A stretch of 64,000 nt of DNA from Verrucomicrobiales bacterium. Its GTDB lineage: Bacteria > Verrucomicrobiota > Verrucomicrobiia > Verrucomicrobiales > DEV007. Where the stretch lies: contig JBMYJM010000010.1 of assembly GCA_049594415.1 (NCBI GenBank), positions 41,641 to 105,640 of the forward strand. The letters are read 5' to 3'. Shown here in pieces: positions 20,301 through 31,125 of the stretch. The position numbers and the translations under genes were made by a program. Position 1 is the first letter of the stretch; each line of letters opens with the position of its first letter. The notes under the pieces were generated by a model that saw only the letters and a program-made list of their open reading frames with translations, was not told where the DNA came from and searched no databases.

Positions 20301-23300
20301 GACAATTCAACCAGGTTTCCTCCCAATCAGACATCACCTTTTCGGCAACTGGCCTCGTCCACGTTGCTGGTGGTGAATACCAGTTCGGTGGCGGCACTCC
20401 GGGTAACTGGTCTGCCAACCTCGGAAGTATGCAGATCGATTCAGGAGCTACTTTCTCGGCACGCGCGACATCCATCTGGATCGACACGCTCACCGGCGAC
20501 GGTCGATTCCAGGTAGGCGGTAAGGGAACCAATGGCACCTACGGTTTGACCCTCGGTGTCTCCGACGGAACCGGCATTTTCAACGGTCTCATTGAGAACG
20601 ACTCCGGCGCCGGAGAAACCCAGTTCACCATCAACAAGGTCGGAACCGGCACTCAGACTCTCAACGGCGACAACACCTACACCGGTGATACAACCATCAG
20701 CGGCGGCCAACTCAACATCAACGGCACCAACGTTTCCAGCTTCTTTGTCGGCAGCGGCACCAATCTTGGGGGCGAGGGCAGCACCAGCGGTGATATCACC
20801 TTTCAAGGAACAACCCACACGCTTGACGTTAATGCCCTGACATCAGCCGCACTGGGATCGACTGGAACAGGAACTCTCGACGTCAGCGCCGTCGGCACCG
20901 GCGGATTCACCGTAAACGTGTCAGGTGTCGCCGGAGATGTCACCGTTCTCACATACGGCAGCGGCGGATTTACGGGCGACCTCAATGCTTTTTCGCTGGG
21001 AACCAGCAGCACCGGGTCACGCGGTATTGGCGGCTTTTATAATGATACCAATGATTCTGCTATCAAAGTTGACCTGGGCTATGCCGATAATACCTGGACC
21101 GGTAGCATCAATAGCAACTGGAATCTCAATGACACCGCAAACTGGAACAACTCCAGCGACAGTATCTTCCTCAACCTTGATGATGCGACATTCGATGATT
21201 CAGCCAACAATTTCACCCCAACGCTCGCAGCAGACATCACGGCCAGCAGGGTCACCTTCGAGAACAATACTAATGATTACTCACTTGGAAATGACAACGG
21301 GAGCCGTGTTCTCACCTCCAACAACGGGTTCGATTTCACCGGAAGTGGAAATGTCACAGTGAACGTGGAGCTCTCGGGAGCGGCAGGCCTAACCCAGAGC
21401 GGGAGCGGAACCACCACGATTTCCTCGACCAACAGTTATACCGGCACGACCACGATTGGGAACGGAACAATCGTTGCGAATGCGGCTTCCGCGTTCGGAA
21501 CCTCCGGCAATATTACCTTCACCGGTGGCACCCTCCAATTCACTGAGAATGGAACCACCGCCAACTACGGCGCCCGTATCGAGAACAGCACCGGCATCAT
21601 CATCGACAGCAACGGACAGGATGTCACCTTGTCCGGTTCGATAGACAGTAGTAATAGCGGCGGTCTTACTAAGAATGGAACGGGCCAACTCACCATCACA
21701 GCAGCCCGCAACTACACCGGCGCCACCACGGTCAACGAAGGCACTCTCACGCTTCGTGGTGCTGCGATCGGCACATCAAAGTCGTACGCCCCCATCGCCA
21801 ACGGAGCAATCCTTGAGTTTGATTCAACCGGCACCGGCGCAAACGGAGGAACCATCACGCTCAACGGGAGCGGCACTTTCAAGAAGTCCGGAACCAATGA
21901 ATTTGTTCAAACCTCTGCCGGAACAAACGTTGCCCAAAGCTCCGGCGGCCTCTTCCACGTCGCCGCGGGCACCTATCGCTTCGGTGCAGGCGGCCTCGGA
22001 ACGTGGGCTTCTAACCTTGGTGATATGCAGATCGATGCGGGTGCTACTTACCAAGGCCGAGCCTCACACATCATCATTGATGCCCTCAACGGCGACGGCA
22101 CCATCGGAATCGGGGGTACCAGTGCTGCCGCCTCTGGAGTCGGACTGCGCCTCGGTGTTGATAATGGAACGGGTGTCTTCGGTGGAACAATCCAGAACAC
22201 CAATGGTGATGGTGCTCTTTTCACTCTCGAAAAAGTTGGCTCTGGGACCCAGACTTTGAATGGTAATAACACTTACACTGGTGCCACCACCATCAGCGGC
22301 GGCCTCCTCAACATCAACGGCACCAACGTATCCAGCATCACAGTCGCCGCTGGCGGAAACATCGGCGGTGAAGGCGCCACTTCTGGTAACATCATCTTCG
22401 CCGGGACCACCCACACCCTCGCGATTGATGCTGGCTCCAGTGAAGCGCTCAGCACCAGTGGCACACTCGATGTTAACGCTGTCAGCGCCGGCAATCTGAC
22501 CGTGAATGCCACCGGCAGCAGTTCAGGGAGCGTCACCGTGCTTGATTACTCGGGGGGTGTCTTCAGCGGTAATATTGATCGCTTCACTCTTGGCTCAGGT
22601 GCCAGCCTTCGAGGTGCTGGCAGCTTTGTTGATTCCGGCAGCGCGATAACCATTGATCTCGGTTTCGAAACTCGCACATGGGCTGGCAGTAACAATGGTG
22701 TCTGGGACGGCAACACGACTGCCAACTGGCAGGAGGGAGACTCTCTGTTTGTCAACGGCGACAACGTGATCTTCGATGACACACTCACGGGTAACAGCCT
22801 TATCAATCTGAGCGGAAATATTCAGGCTGGTTCGATTACCTTCAACAACAACTCGACCGCCTACACTCTTGATTTCGACACGGACGAGCTCTCTGTCATG
22901 AGCGGTTTGGTTCTCAGTGGTAATGCCAGCGCCACCATCAACACCAACGTCGGGACTATCGTTGGTGGCATCCTTGCCAGTGGTGCCGGAGATCTTGTCA
23001 TCGGCGGTAATGTGAGTGAAATCGACGACATCAGCGTGACTGGTGCAGGTGAGTTTACCCTCAGCGCTGGTTCCAGCATCTCCAACCTCACCGGAACCTT
23101 GAGCCTTGAGGGCTCCGGCAACGGCACCCTTAGCGGTACGATTGCGGGTACTGGATCACTCTCCAAATCGGGAGGAGGCACTGCCATTCTCAATGGAGCT
23201 AACACCTTTACCGGAAATACTTCTATCTCTGGTGGAGCACTGGTGATCAACGCCAGTGAAGTCCTGAGTGACTCGGCCGATGTCTCGCTGACGGGAGGTA

Positions 23301-24688
23301 ATTTTCGCATGGTCAATGGAACGACGGAGACCGTGAACAGTTTCCGTCAAACCGCTGGACTTGTGGGATTCGGATTCACGGCTACAGGAAGCCAATCCGG
23401 AAGTTCGAGACTCAACATCAACGGGGACAGCGCCTTCACCAATATTCAGATCGGCAACGCCGGCACGCTGGGAGTGGCAGCGAATGTGACCGCCACCCTG
23501 ACCGGTTCTATCTCTCAACTCGGAAACAATGATAGCTTTAGTTTTGACATTGCCGAAAACGGACAGGCCAATGTCTCCGCGGCAATCAATACCGGCAAAG
23601 GAAATGGCCAAATCAACAAGTCAGGGGCTGGAATCCTGCGACTCACCGCCAACAACAGCCAATACGGCGGCGGCAACCGTTTCACCAACGGAACGGTCGA
23701 ATTCACCTCCATTGTCAACGCCGGAACTGATCAGTCCAGTAGCCTGGGTGATGCCGACTTCCAGGACGTTCTCCAGATCGGTTCCGACGCCACTTCCGCC
23801 ACCCTTCGGATGACCGGCACCAACGGGAAGAACACTTCAGATCGTTCTGTCCAAATCGGCGATGCCGGCGGCAGCATCGAAGTAGCTGACGCCGCTCAGA
23901 TCCTGACCTTGAACGGGATTATCACCGGAAACGGAACCGCCGGGAATGGAGCTCTCACGACAGGTGGAGCAGGAACGCTCGTTCTCGCCGGTAACAACGC
24001 CTTCACCGGAGGCACGACAGTCACTTCCGGCACCCTTCTCGTAAACAATACCGCCGGCAGCGGAACCGGAACCGGTGCTGTAGTCGTAAACTCAAATGCG
24101 ACGATTGGTGGCAGTGGCGCTATCGGTGGAGCTACAACCATTTCAGGCGCCCACAGTGCGGGAGGCTCGCTCGCCAAAACTTCGGTTGCCCAGCAGACTC
24201 TCTCCGGGGATCTCACTTACAATTCGGGTGCGACGGTCTCATGGGATCTTATCGCGAACTCAAGCTCGAACCCGGGCACTGACTTCGACCAGTTCGCAGT
24301 GGGAGGAGCACTCGACTTCTCCGGCCCCACCTCTATCGACCTCAACTTCGATGGGGGCACGGTTGACTGGACCGACAGTTTCTGGGATGCTGACCAGACC
24401 TGGACCATTTTCTCCGGAGCCACCTCCCTAACCAATGCCAACAATCTCAGCATTCTGGCGGAGGACTGGGAAGATGCGAACGGAGTCCTATTCAGCACGG
24501 CCCGCGCGCTTCCCAACGAAGCCTCCTTCTCCATTGGCGCATCCGGCAATAGTATTATTCTCACCTTCAACGCCGTGCCTGAACCAAGCACCTTTGCCCT
24601 GACGGGTCTCGGCCTAAGCGCATTCGGCTGGGTTGCACGTAAGCGCCGCCGCAAGCCGGCAACCGAAAGCATTGACGGTGCGTCGTAA
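17351..24688 (+). CDS. Large secreted PEP-CTERM protein with autotransporter-associated beta-strand repeats (2445 aa)
   Basis: Signal peptide; many L.K.G.GT..L.G.NTY.G.T.I..G.L repeats; C-terminal VPEPSTFALTGLGLSAFGWVARKRRRK; no beta-barrel translocator. Confidence 0.93.
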   Translation: MNTPCLHARLTFALAFSLTLVGLSLEAQITWDGGGGDDNWTTGDNWAGNVAPSGGNSLIFTGNIQTASTNTLANGSIIDGIQFTNDGSTSAASGEFVLSGNSVTLSSGITTTAVVPANTTLTDIVNFDIILNGNRTFTANGNAANNTEHNLILNGDISGAFQLLTAGDATITFAGNNTFTSFRLGDGGVSSWNGTTGTRAGFVVVSNNGALGTGLVTSRGGQLQAGVSGINLANDFKVSAGGLRVGGSNNFEISGAITQDASRDYANYGTGTVTLSGGLVLGTGQNANFTTGAWNFTGAISGGGNFRNTGGIKTFSANNTYTGTTEVTGGTLNLNASNNIADTGDIIQSAGTINVGDGVVETVNSYNATAGTLNFGGSSELVVSANSRISNVTIGTHGRITVGDGATLTQTGGAISALGDNDSFTFNMLGSSSANIAGTLNFGGNGQINKDGTGTVTVTNNNSNFGGGTRIRAGTLEFTSISNTDANSSLGRGGFQNILQIGSDSNSATLRMIGTNTTNSTNRNMQIGDMGGTVDVVEAAQTLAINGVVSGNGTTGNGALTKTGAGTLVLAGNNTWSGGATVSEGTLQIGNGGTSGTIGSGNVVNDATLIFNSTGSHSVADITGTGDTTISAGTLSLNGSNYTNDITIASVANVTGDGATTGALLFEGATHTITVDATTSGALGSIGAGSTDISSVGAGNFIVNTTGSGAGDVTVLRYGSGGFSGNIGSFALGANNSSVRGAGSFIDNGVDAITIDLGFVSNTWSGSASNNWDVGTTANWNNSSDTVFQQGDDVVFDDTATTNLTPTLQENITVGDLAFNNSTKAYTISSNATEALSVVGNVNASNGGDVTVNSDVNVTGTINVNGSGSTIFNGSVTGSSGLTFDGSGDSTYFGGIAGSGDLIKNGSGTVRFQTVAPSFTGTQYVNEGTLLYFSNAINDNSNEANLTTIIAAGATLEFNTNGVGESIQTFDFGGGGTFKKSGGGQFNQVSSQSDITFSATGLVHVAGGEYQFGGGTPGNWSANLGSMQIDSGATFSARATSIWIDTLTGDGRFQVGGKGTNGTYGLTLGVSDGTGIFNGLIENDSGAGETQFTINKVGTGTQTLNGDNTYTGDTTISGGQLNINGTNVSSFFVGSGTNLGGEGSTSGDITFQGTTHTLDVNALTSAALGSTGTGTLDVSAVGTGGFTVNVSGVAGDVTVLTYGSGGFTGDLNAFSLGTSSTGSRGIGGFYNDTNDSAIKVDLGYADNTWTGSINSNWNLNDTANWNNSSDSIFLNLDDATFDDSANNFTPTLAADITASRVTFENNTNDYSLGNDNGSRVLTSNNGFDFTGSGNVTVNVELSGAAGLTQSGSGTTTISSTNSYTGTTTIGNGTIVANAASAFGTSGNITFTGGTLQFTENGTTANYGARIENSTGIIIDSNGQDVTLSGSIDSSNSGGLTKNGTGQLTITAARNYTGATTVNEGTLTLRGAAIGTSKSYAPIANGAILEFDSTGTGANGGTITLNGSGTFKKSGTNEFVQTSAGTNVAQSSGGLFHVAAGTYRFGAGGLGTWASNLGDMQIDAGATYQGRASHIIIDALNGDGTIGIGGTSAAASGVGLRLGVDNGTGVFGGTIQNTNGDGALFTLEKVGSGTQTLNGNNTYTGATTISGGLLNINGTNVSSITVAAGGNIGGEGATSGNIIFAGTTHTLAIDAGSSEALSTSGTLDVNAVSAGNLTVNATGSSSGSVTVLDYSGGVFSGNIDRFTLGSGASLRGAGSFVDSGSAITIDLGFETRTWAGSNNGVWDGNTTANWQEGDSLFVNGDNVIFDDTLTGNSLINLSGNIQAGSITFNNNSTAYTLDFDTDELSVMSGLVLSGNASATINTNVGTIVGGILASGAGDLVIGGNVSEIDDISVTGAGEFTLSAGSSISNLTGTLSLEGSGNGTLSGTIAGTGSLSKSGGGTAILNGANTFTGNTSISGGALVINASEVLSDSADVSLTGGNFRMVNGTTETVNSFRQTAGLVGFGFTATGSQSGSSRLNINGDSAFTNIQIGNAGTLGVAANVTATLTGSISQLGNNDSFSFDIAENGQANVSAAINTGKGNGQINKSGAGILRLTANNSQYGGGNRFTNGTVEFTSIVNAGTDQSSSLGDADFQDVLQIGSDATSATLRMTGTNGKNTSDRSVQIGDAGGSIEVADAAQILTLNGIITGNGTAGNGALTTGGAGTLVLAGNNAFTGGTTVTSGTLLVNNTAGSGTGTGAVVVNSNATIGGSGAIGGATTISGAHSAGGSLAKTSVAQQTLSGDLTYNSGATVSWDLIANSSSNPGTDFDQFAVGGALDFSGPTSIDLNFDGGTVDWTDSFWDADQTWTIFSGATSLTNANNLSILAEDWEDANGVLFSTARALPNEASFSIGASGNSIILTFNAVPEPSTFALTGLGLSAFGWVARKRRRKPATESIDGAS
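18330..24010 (+). repeat. Internal intragenic duplications in the PEP-CTERM gene
   Basis: Matching DNA words at a constant offset of 1596 nt (TTCAAGAA at 20282/21878; ACCATCAGCGGCGGC at 20693/22289; THT codons 20813/22409), 1455 nt (19358/20813) and 4926 nt (GGAACGCTCGTTCTCGC at 19046/23972). Module boundaries are approximate. Confidence 0.85.
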
Positions 24689-24784
24689 ACTCCGCGCTGA
24701 AATTCAAATTCAGGAGAGGACGATTTTCCTGCCGTCTTTTTTGTTGCTGCTATTTTCCGCCGCTACAATACCGAGATTCTCCCG

Positions 24785-25477
24785 ATGTCTGACTCCCGAC
24801 TTATCCTTATTACCGGCGCGTCCCGGGGACTGGGGCGCGCGCTCGTTCAGGGTTTCGCGGCTCGTGGCCATCGCATAACCGGTTGTGCCCGCAGTGAGGT
24901 CTTGATGACTGAATTGCAGGAGCAACTCGGCGAACCGCATCATTTCTCAGCAGTCGATGTCAGCGATGACAGGGCGGTGGCCAGCTATGCCGAAAAGATG
25001 CTGTCCGAAGTCGGAACTCCTGACCTGCTCATCAATGGGGCTGCAATCATCAACCGCAATGCTCCGCTCTGGGAAATTTCCGCAGCAGAAATCGATGATA
25101 TGCTCTCCATCAACATTGCCGGAACGGCGAATGTCATCCGCCACTTCACCCCTGCCATGATCGAGAAGGGAAGCGGTGTCATCGTGAACTTCTCCAGCGG
25201 CTGGGGCCGGTCCACGTCTCCCAATGTCGCGCCCTACTGCGCCACCAAATGGGCGATTGAAGGGCTTAACGAAGCACTGGCCCAGGAACTACCCCAAGGG
25301 CTGGCCACCGTTGCTTTTAATCCGGGCATCATTGATACCGATATGCTGCGCAGCTGTTTTGGCGAAGGAGCTGGCCAGCATGAATCTCCTGAACAGTGGT
25401 CCGAAGCGGCCGTGCCGTTTCTTGAAGCGCTGGGACCATCAGACAATGGCGCAGCCCTCACCTGCCCCGGACACTAA
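24785..25477 (+). CDS. Short-chain dehydrogenase/reductase
   Basis: ITGASRGLG, NFSSG, YCATK (YxxxK), NPG.IDT. Confidence 0.95.
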   Translation: MSDSRLILITGASRGLGRALVQGFAARGHRITGCARSEVLMTELQEQLGEPHHFSAVDVSDDRAVASYAEKMLSEVGTPDLLINGAAIINRNAPLWEISAAEIDDMLSINIAGTANVIRHFTPAMIEKGSGVIVNFSSGWGRSTSPNVAPYCATKWAIEGLNEALAQELPQGLATVAFNPGIIDTDMLRSCFGEGAGQHESPEQWSEAAVPFLEALGPSDNGAALTCPGH

Positions 25478-25689
25478 GTGGCACTGATTTTAGAAAGATG
25501 TGCTGCCTACCAACTCAGCAACTAAGCTTTGAGGAACCCAGGCGGTTGGTCTCCGCCGAGCAGAAAAAGAGACGGTCAAAGAATTCTGGCGTTTCAGAAA
25601 GGTTGATGCCAAATTCGCCCCCGCTTTACCAGATTACCGCTCCGGGATTTTAGCCTTCAAGTGAGCCCGTTATCACCTCCCATCAAACT

Positions 25690-26070
25690 TTGAACTCTCT
25701 CGAAAAAAGAATGAAGCGATGGCAGGTCCGCGAGGAGGATCTTCAGGAACGCTTTGTGCTCGGTTCCGGCAGTGGCGGCCAAAAGATTAATAAGACATCG
25801 TCACGAGTCTACCTGAAGCACCTTCCCTCGGGCATTGAAGTCACTTGTCAGGAATCACGCTCTCGCGAGAAAAATCGCGAGACGGCCCGTCATCGGCTTT
25901 GTGAGGTGTTCGAACGCCGCTCCGTGGAAGCCCGACAAGAATCACGACGCCGGCGTGCCCTTCGTCGCTACCAGAAACGTCGGCCCTCCAAAGCGAGCAA
26001 AGCAGAAAACCGGCGCAAGAAGCAGCAACGCTCCGACAAGAAGTCTCTGCGCAGACGCATCAGTGAATAA
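25690..26070 (+). CDS. Peptide chain release factor-like ribosome-rescue peptidyl-tRNA hydrolase (GGQ)
   Basis: FVLGSGSGGQKINKTSSRVYLKHLPSGIEV.CQESRSR.KNR; very basic C-terminal tail; no codon-recognition domain. TTG start (ATG alternative at 25711). Confidence 0.9.
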   Translation: MNSLEKRMKRWQVREEDLQERFVLGSGSGGQKINKTSSRVYLKHLPSGIEVTCQESRSREKNRETARHRLCEVFERRSVEARQESRRRRALRRYQKRRPSKASKAENRRKKQQRSDKKSLRRRISE

Positions 26071-26169
26071 ATCGTCACCGTCTCAAAGACCTAAACGAAG
26101 GCAAAATGGGCTTGGCGAATAGCCTGATGGGTCGATAGTGACGCCGAACCTGATCAGAGACACCTCTAC

Positions 26170-28137
<1,968 letters not shown>

Positions 28138-28186
28138 TTCCCAGCACCGATATCCTGTAATAAACAGGAACCCGTTCTCCCCATCT

Positions 28187-29551
28187 ATGCGTCAGCGCTT
28201 TATCACGTTTGCCGTTTTCGGCCTTATTCTCGTCATCATTGGCGAGTGGAATCTCAAGACACGAAAAATCGCTCCTCTTGGTTCCCTGGACAAGACCTGG
28301 CTGGAATTCTGCATCGGCAATGCCGGAGACAGTATCGCCAATCCCGCTGTCACCGTCATTCGCATCACCGACGACTACGAACCTCTCAGCATCGGGCAAG
28401 ACCAGCCAGCCGCTGCCGACGGCAAGCTCTCGCGCCTCGACTTCGCCACCATCCTCGGCTTTGTCGGCAAGCTGAATCCCAAGTCAGTCGCGTTTCTTCC
28501 CACCCCAGCTTTTGACGAGAGCCTTGTTCTCAACCAGACCGATATCGTCCCGCTCAAGGACGCAGCGATGCAGCTCCCCCGCTTTCTCGGTGCTGCCAAC
28601 GTAACAGATGAACCGACCAACAAGGCCCAGCAGAAGCCATTGAACTTTCAACCCATCAAGGTTGAGGGAGACCCGGCGAACCTGCTCACATTCACCCGCA
28701 CCCTTCGTTTCCCCGACCCGCAAATCATCGCTAACGCTGACCCGGCTTTCAAAACCATTGAGTCAGCCTCCGGCCTGACAAGCGAAAGCGAAATCCGCGT
28801 GCCTCTCGTCGCCAGCCACAATGGACAGGTTGTCCCTTCTATCACTCTCGCAGCGATTGCCAATCACGCCGGGATCGCCCTTGATCAAGTGACTCTCGAT
28901 CTCTCGGGAGCTTCACCCGTCGTCCAACTGGGTGAGCTGCAGACCATTCCGGTCGAAGCAGACGGCACTTTTATTCTACCACCTGCCTCCGGCCTTGGAC
29001 GCGAACTGACCGGTCTCCAGAAGAACGAGGCGGGCGAAATGGAGGAAGTCTATCACCTGACCAGCCTCACCGTCGACGAACTGGCCTACACCGGTGAAGC
29101 CGACGACGAGGTAGCCAAGCGAATCCTCGCTGACTTCCAGGGCAAGTTTGAATCCGTCAGCAACAACCTGATCGTCATCGGATTTGATCGAAACAACGAT
29201 CGACGGTTCACCACCGCTTACGGCGAAGTGCTCTCCGAAACGATGCTTCTGGCCCGCACCATTGCAACGATCCAGAGCGGCCGCTTCATCGATCAATGGT
29301 CCATGGTCGGACGAATCTTCAGCGTTCTCGTCATTGCCGCGATCGCATTCTTCCTCTTCCGCTTCCCCAAGCGAAAGTTCCTTCCTTTCAGCTTTGTCGC
29401 GGCACTGATCTACTTCGCGATGAACGTGATCATTTTTCGGAGCAGCCTGAGTTGGACCTCGCCTTTTTCAGCTTTCGCTCTCTTCGGCCTGATGTTTTTG
29501 GTCGGACTGGTGCTCTCGGGTGAGACCAAGCCCAGATCCACTGAGAACTAA
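28187..29551 (+). CDS. CHASE2-like membrane sensor protein with no cytoplasmic output domain
   Basis: N-terminal TM, a soluble domain with CHASE2-style elements (VTVIRI..D, SR.DFA.IL, VPSITLAA, LIVIG...TT), then 3 TM helices ending 12 aa before the stop. Confidence 0.6.
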   Translation: MRQRFITFAVFGLILVIIGEWNLKTRKIAPLGSLDKTWLEFCIGNAGDSIANPAVTVIRITDDYEPLSIGQDQPAAADGKLSRLDFATILGFVGKLNPKSVAFLPTPAFDESLVLNQTDIVPLKDAAMQLPRFLGAANVTDEPTNKAQQKPLNFQPIKVEGDPANLLTFTRTLRFPDPQIIANADPAFKTIESASGLTSESEIRVPLVASHNGQVVPSITLAAIANHAGIALDQVTLDLSGASPVVQLGELQTIPVEADGTFILPPASGLGRELTGLQKNEAGEMEEVYHLTSLTVDELAYTGEADDEVAKRILADFQGKFESVSNNLIVIGFDRNNDRRFTTAYGEVLSETMLLARTIATIQSGRFIDQWSMVGRIFSVLVIAAIAFFLFRFPKRKFLPFSFVAALIYFAMNVIIFRSSLSWTSPFSAFALFGLMFLVGLVLSGETKPRSTEN

Positions 29552-31122
29552 TATTCCTCTTCGATCAGGAATTCATCACCCTCTTCACCGAACGGCTCCT
29601 CGTTCGCAAGCTCGAGGACTGCCTCTACCAGAGCGGGCACGTTGTGAGGATTCGCTTCGACATCCACTTCGTAGCCGTTCTCTGCGAGCGTGCTCGAGGT
29701 CACCGGCCCGATGCTTGCGATCATGGTCTCGTCGGGGATCGATAAGCCAAGATCGAAGAAGCCTTCCACCGTCGATGAGCTGGTGAAGGTGATGATATCG
29801 GCACCATCGTCCTTAAACTTCTGCACCGCCCCGGTCGGATCGGCCGTCTCCGACTCCGCCTGGTAGGCAATCGCCTCGTCGAGAATCACACCGGCCTCAT
29901 TCAAACCCTTGGAAAGCACATCCCGGGCACCCTTGGCGCGTACCCAGAGCATGGTCGTATTTTCAATGGATCCGACTTCTTCCTGGAATGCTTTCAACAG
30001 CCCCTCGGCAACATGCTCTTCAGGCATCAAGTCGGTGGCCATGCGATACTCCTTAAGTTTCTCCGAAGTGCCCGGCCCTACCGCTGCGATGCGGCAACCT
30101 CCGATCGCACGAGCGTCGTCACGAATCAGGTCAAAGGCGCGGAAGAAATATTCCACCGCGTTTGGACTCGTGAAAATAATCCAATCGTAGGTGTGGCATT
30201 CGGCCACACAATGAGCAAACTCACGGGCATCATCACCTTCGGACTGGCTGATACGAATTGTCGGCATCTCGAGCACATCGGCTCCCATAGCGCGAAGGTC
30301 GTCCTTCAGCTTGCTGGCCTGCTTGCGGGTCCGAGTCACCACGACGCGCTTGCCGAGCAAAGGCCGCTTCTCAAACCAGTTGAGCTTCTCGCGGCAATTC
30401 ACCACTCCGCCAATGATACAAACGGCAGGCGCTTTGAATTCCGCATCCCGCACGATGTCGGCAATCGTCGCTACCGTTCCGGTCACGGTTTGATGCTGCC
30501 CTGTCGTCGCCTGACGGACGAGCGCAACCGGGGTCTCAGGATCACCCCCTTCTTCGATGATCGTCTCCATGATGTAGGGCAACCGCGCGACCCCCATCAG
30601 CATGATCTTAGTGCCGGGCGCCCTGACAATCTGACGATAGTCGATCGAAGAATTTTCCTTATCCGGTGACTCATGGCCCGTAAAGATGCTGACCTGCGAG
30701 CAATACTTGCGATGCGTCAGCGGGATACCTGCGTAGGCAGGTCCGGCAATCGCCGAACTGATGCCCGGCACAAATTCAAACTCAAGGCCCGCGTCGTATA
30801 ACACGGCCCCTTCCTCGCCGCCTCGTCCAAAAATCAGGGGGTCTCCCCCCTTGAGTCGGGTGACCACTTTCCCTTCGCCGGTCTTTTCAACCAGCAGTTC
30901 GTTGATTTCGGCCTGGCGCATGGCGTGGCACTTGGCCGTCTTGCCGGCAAAGATCAGTTCGGCATCGGGCTTGGCCCAGGACAGAAAATCACCGTTGGCG
31001 AGATTGTCATAAACAATCACGTCAGCTTCCTCAATGCACTCCTTGCCACGCAGCGTGATCAAACCCGGATCGCCGGGACCCGCCCCGACAAGATAACAAA
31101 TACCTTTCTCTTCGCTCATCAA
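29548..31122 (-). CDS. cobA: Uroporphyrinogen-III C-methyltransferase / uroporphyrinogen-III synthase fusion
   Basis: LVGAGPGDPGLIT, RLKGGDP.IFGRGGEE; then HemD domain VVVTRTRKQ, IIFTSPNAV, TFTSSSTV, SIGPVTS. Confidence 0.95.
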   Translation of the reverse strand: MMSEEKGICYLVGAGPGDPGLITLRGKECIEEADVIVYDNLANGDFLSWAKPDAELIFAGKTAKCHAMRQAEINELLVEKTGEGKVVTRLKGGDPLIFGRGGEEGAVLYDAGLEFEFVPGISSAIAGPAYAGIPLTHRKYCSQVSIFTGHESPDKENSSIDYRQIVRAPGTKIMLMGVARLPYIMETIIEEGGDPETPVALVRQATTGQHQTVTGTVATIADIVRDAEFKAPAVCIIGGVVNCREKLNWFEKRPLLGKRVVVTRTRKQASKLKDDLRAMGADVLEMPTIRISQSEGDDAREFAHCVAECHTYDWIIFTSPNAVEYFFRAFDLIRDDARAIGGCRIAAVGPGTSEKLKEYRMATDLMPEEHVAEGLLKAFQEEVGSIENTTMLWVRAKGARDVLSKGLNEAGVILDEAIAYQAESETADPTGAVQKFKDDGADIITFTSSSTVEGFFDLGLSIPDETMIASIGPVTSSTLAENGYEVDVEANPHNVPALVEAVLELANEEPFGEEGDEFLIEEEY

Positions 31123-31125
31123 TTC

